A stretch of DNA of 25,803 bases from a virus. Its lineage: Duplodnaviria > Caudoviricetes. The position numbers and the translations under genes were made by a program. The notes below the pieces were generated by a model. The model was not told the origin of the DNA and made no database searches. It was given only the letters and a program-made list of their open reading frames with translations. This document shows, piece after piece, positions 24,850-25,803 of this stretch (position 1 is the stretch's first letter; every line of letters starts with the position of its first letter). The stretch lies in the IMG/VR virus record IMGVR_UViG_3300032237_001287, positions 1 through 25,803 of that record; one strand, given 5' to 3'.

Positions 24850-25464
24850 TTAACCAATGGTTCGGGTTATGGCGTACCTGGGATCAGTGCCAAGTTTTGC
24901 CGCAGCAACACCTGCAAGCAACTGCTCTGCTATGGATTTATTTAAAGCTGCAGTGCCTTCTGCTGATGTAGCCACTGCTCCCGTTGTGGCAACATTACGA
25001 GCAACTTGCCGTGTGGGAGATAAAATGTCCCCTTGCAGCTGGAATCCTAGATCCGCAGCTTTGGCCGCATTAATGTTAGCCAGCCAGGCTGGGGCATATT
25101 TTAAGGCAGCTTGATTTGTTACATCAGCAGAAGCACCAAGATAATCCAAGGCATCTTGTGCGTTATACAGCCCATACTGGCCAAGCAAGTTAGATTGACC
25201 GGGCGCTCGAATGGTGCCGGTCGCTGCTGCGGTAAGGGGGGAGGAGTAATCTACAGGATTAAAACCTACGCTGGTTTTTGCAGCATTAAAATAATTTGGA
25301 ATTGAACTATCAATTGCATTGGCGCCAGAATTCAACAGGGGGCTGGTCCGCATGTACTGTTTAAGCCATGGGATATTACCGCTGCTGCTATTAAATGCTG
25401 TACCGTAGAAATCTGGAGCAAACGATTGCCCAGAAAGGAGGCTATCAATGAGACCGGAAGCCAT
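24850..25464 (-). CDS. hypothetical protein, possible internal virion protein
   Basis: 204 aa, A/G/S-rich, ATG 2 nt after the previous stop. Confidence 0.65.
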   Translation of the reverse strand: MASGLIDSLLSGQSFAPDFYGTAFNSSSGNIPWLKQYMRTSPLLNSGANAIDSSIPNYFNAAKTSVGFNPVDYSSPLTAAATGTIRAPGQSNLLGQYGLYNAQDALDYLGASADVTNQAALKYAPAWLANINAAKAADLGFQLQGDILSPTRQVARNVATTGAVATSAEGTAALNKSIAEQLLAGVAAAKLGTDPRYAITRTIG

Positions 25465-25466
25465 GA

Positions 25467-25803
25467 TTAGACATACCCGCCACGGGTCGTAGCAGCATTA
25501 ATCATCCCACCCATCCCTTGTTGTGCCATGGCTTGTGCGCCTAGCTGGGCTTGGTTCATGGCTTGTGCTCCCTGCGCCAATTGGGTACGGAGTTGGGCAC
25601 CAGCCGCTTGGCGAAGAAGGTCAGCTTGTGCGCCTTTTTGAATCATGTCAAATTCATAGGGCATCAATATTTTTTGCTGTTGAAGCGCACCCTCTGCTTC
25701 CATGATACCCCGCGCTATTTGACCTCTTTCGGGCGAGTTAAAGGCGGTGACGTCTGTATATGTTCTTGGACCGTATTGGCCTGTGAGGCCCGGTGCCACG
25801 GGT
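25467..25803 (-). CDS. hypothetical A/Q/G/M-rich protein, probably truncated by the window edge
   Basis: The frame is open to the end of the window, so the GTG at 25799 is probably internal. Confidence 0.6.
   Translation of the reverse strand, partial: PVAPGLTGQYGPRTYTDVTAFNSPERGQIARGIMEAEGALQQQKILMPYEFDMIQKGAQADLLRQAAGAQLRTQLAQGAQAMNQAQLGAQAMAQQGMGGMINAATTRGGYV

Overview
This window is the virion structural and DNA-packaging module of a tailed dsDNA phage, probably a cyanophage-type virus (host inferred from protein-family resemblance only). Nearly all genes are on the minus strand. In transcription order they are: putative internal/ejection proteins including a 596-aa protein of about 47 in-register 11-residue repeats, a possible small terminase, the large terminase, an unannotated AbrB/MazE-like gene, the portal (its last 560 nt overlap a scaffold-like gene), low-complexity head proteins, the major capsid protein with a structured leader, a minor capsid protein, an HhH DNA-binding protein, a head-completion-like protein, a SleB-like wall hydrolase, a SWIM-finger structural protein, and several tail-fibre parts ending in a 956-aa fibre with an S74 chaperone. 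The most striking unexplained signal is a palindromic 15-bp DNA motif, TAG(T/G/C)-N7-(A/T)CTA. It recurs in one reading phase inside the fibre gene, mostly at module junctions, and also brackets a small downstream ORF. This suggests a recombination-site system that shuffles fibre modules and gene cassettes. No recombinase is visible in the window. All family assignments come from motif recognition by eye, not from database searches.
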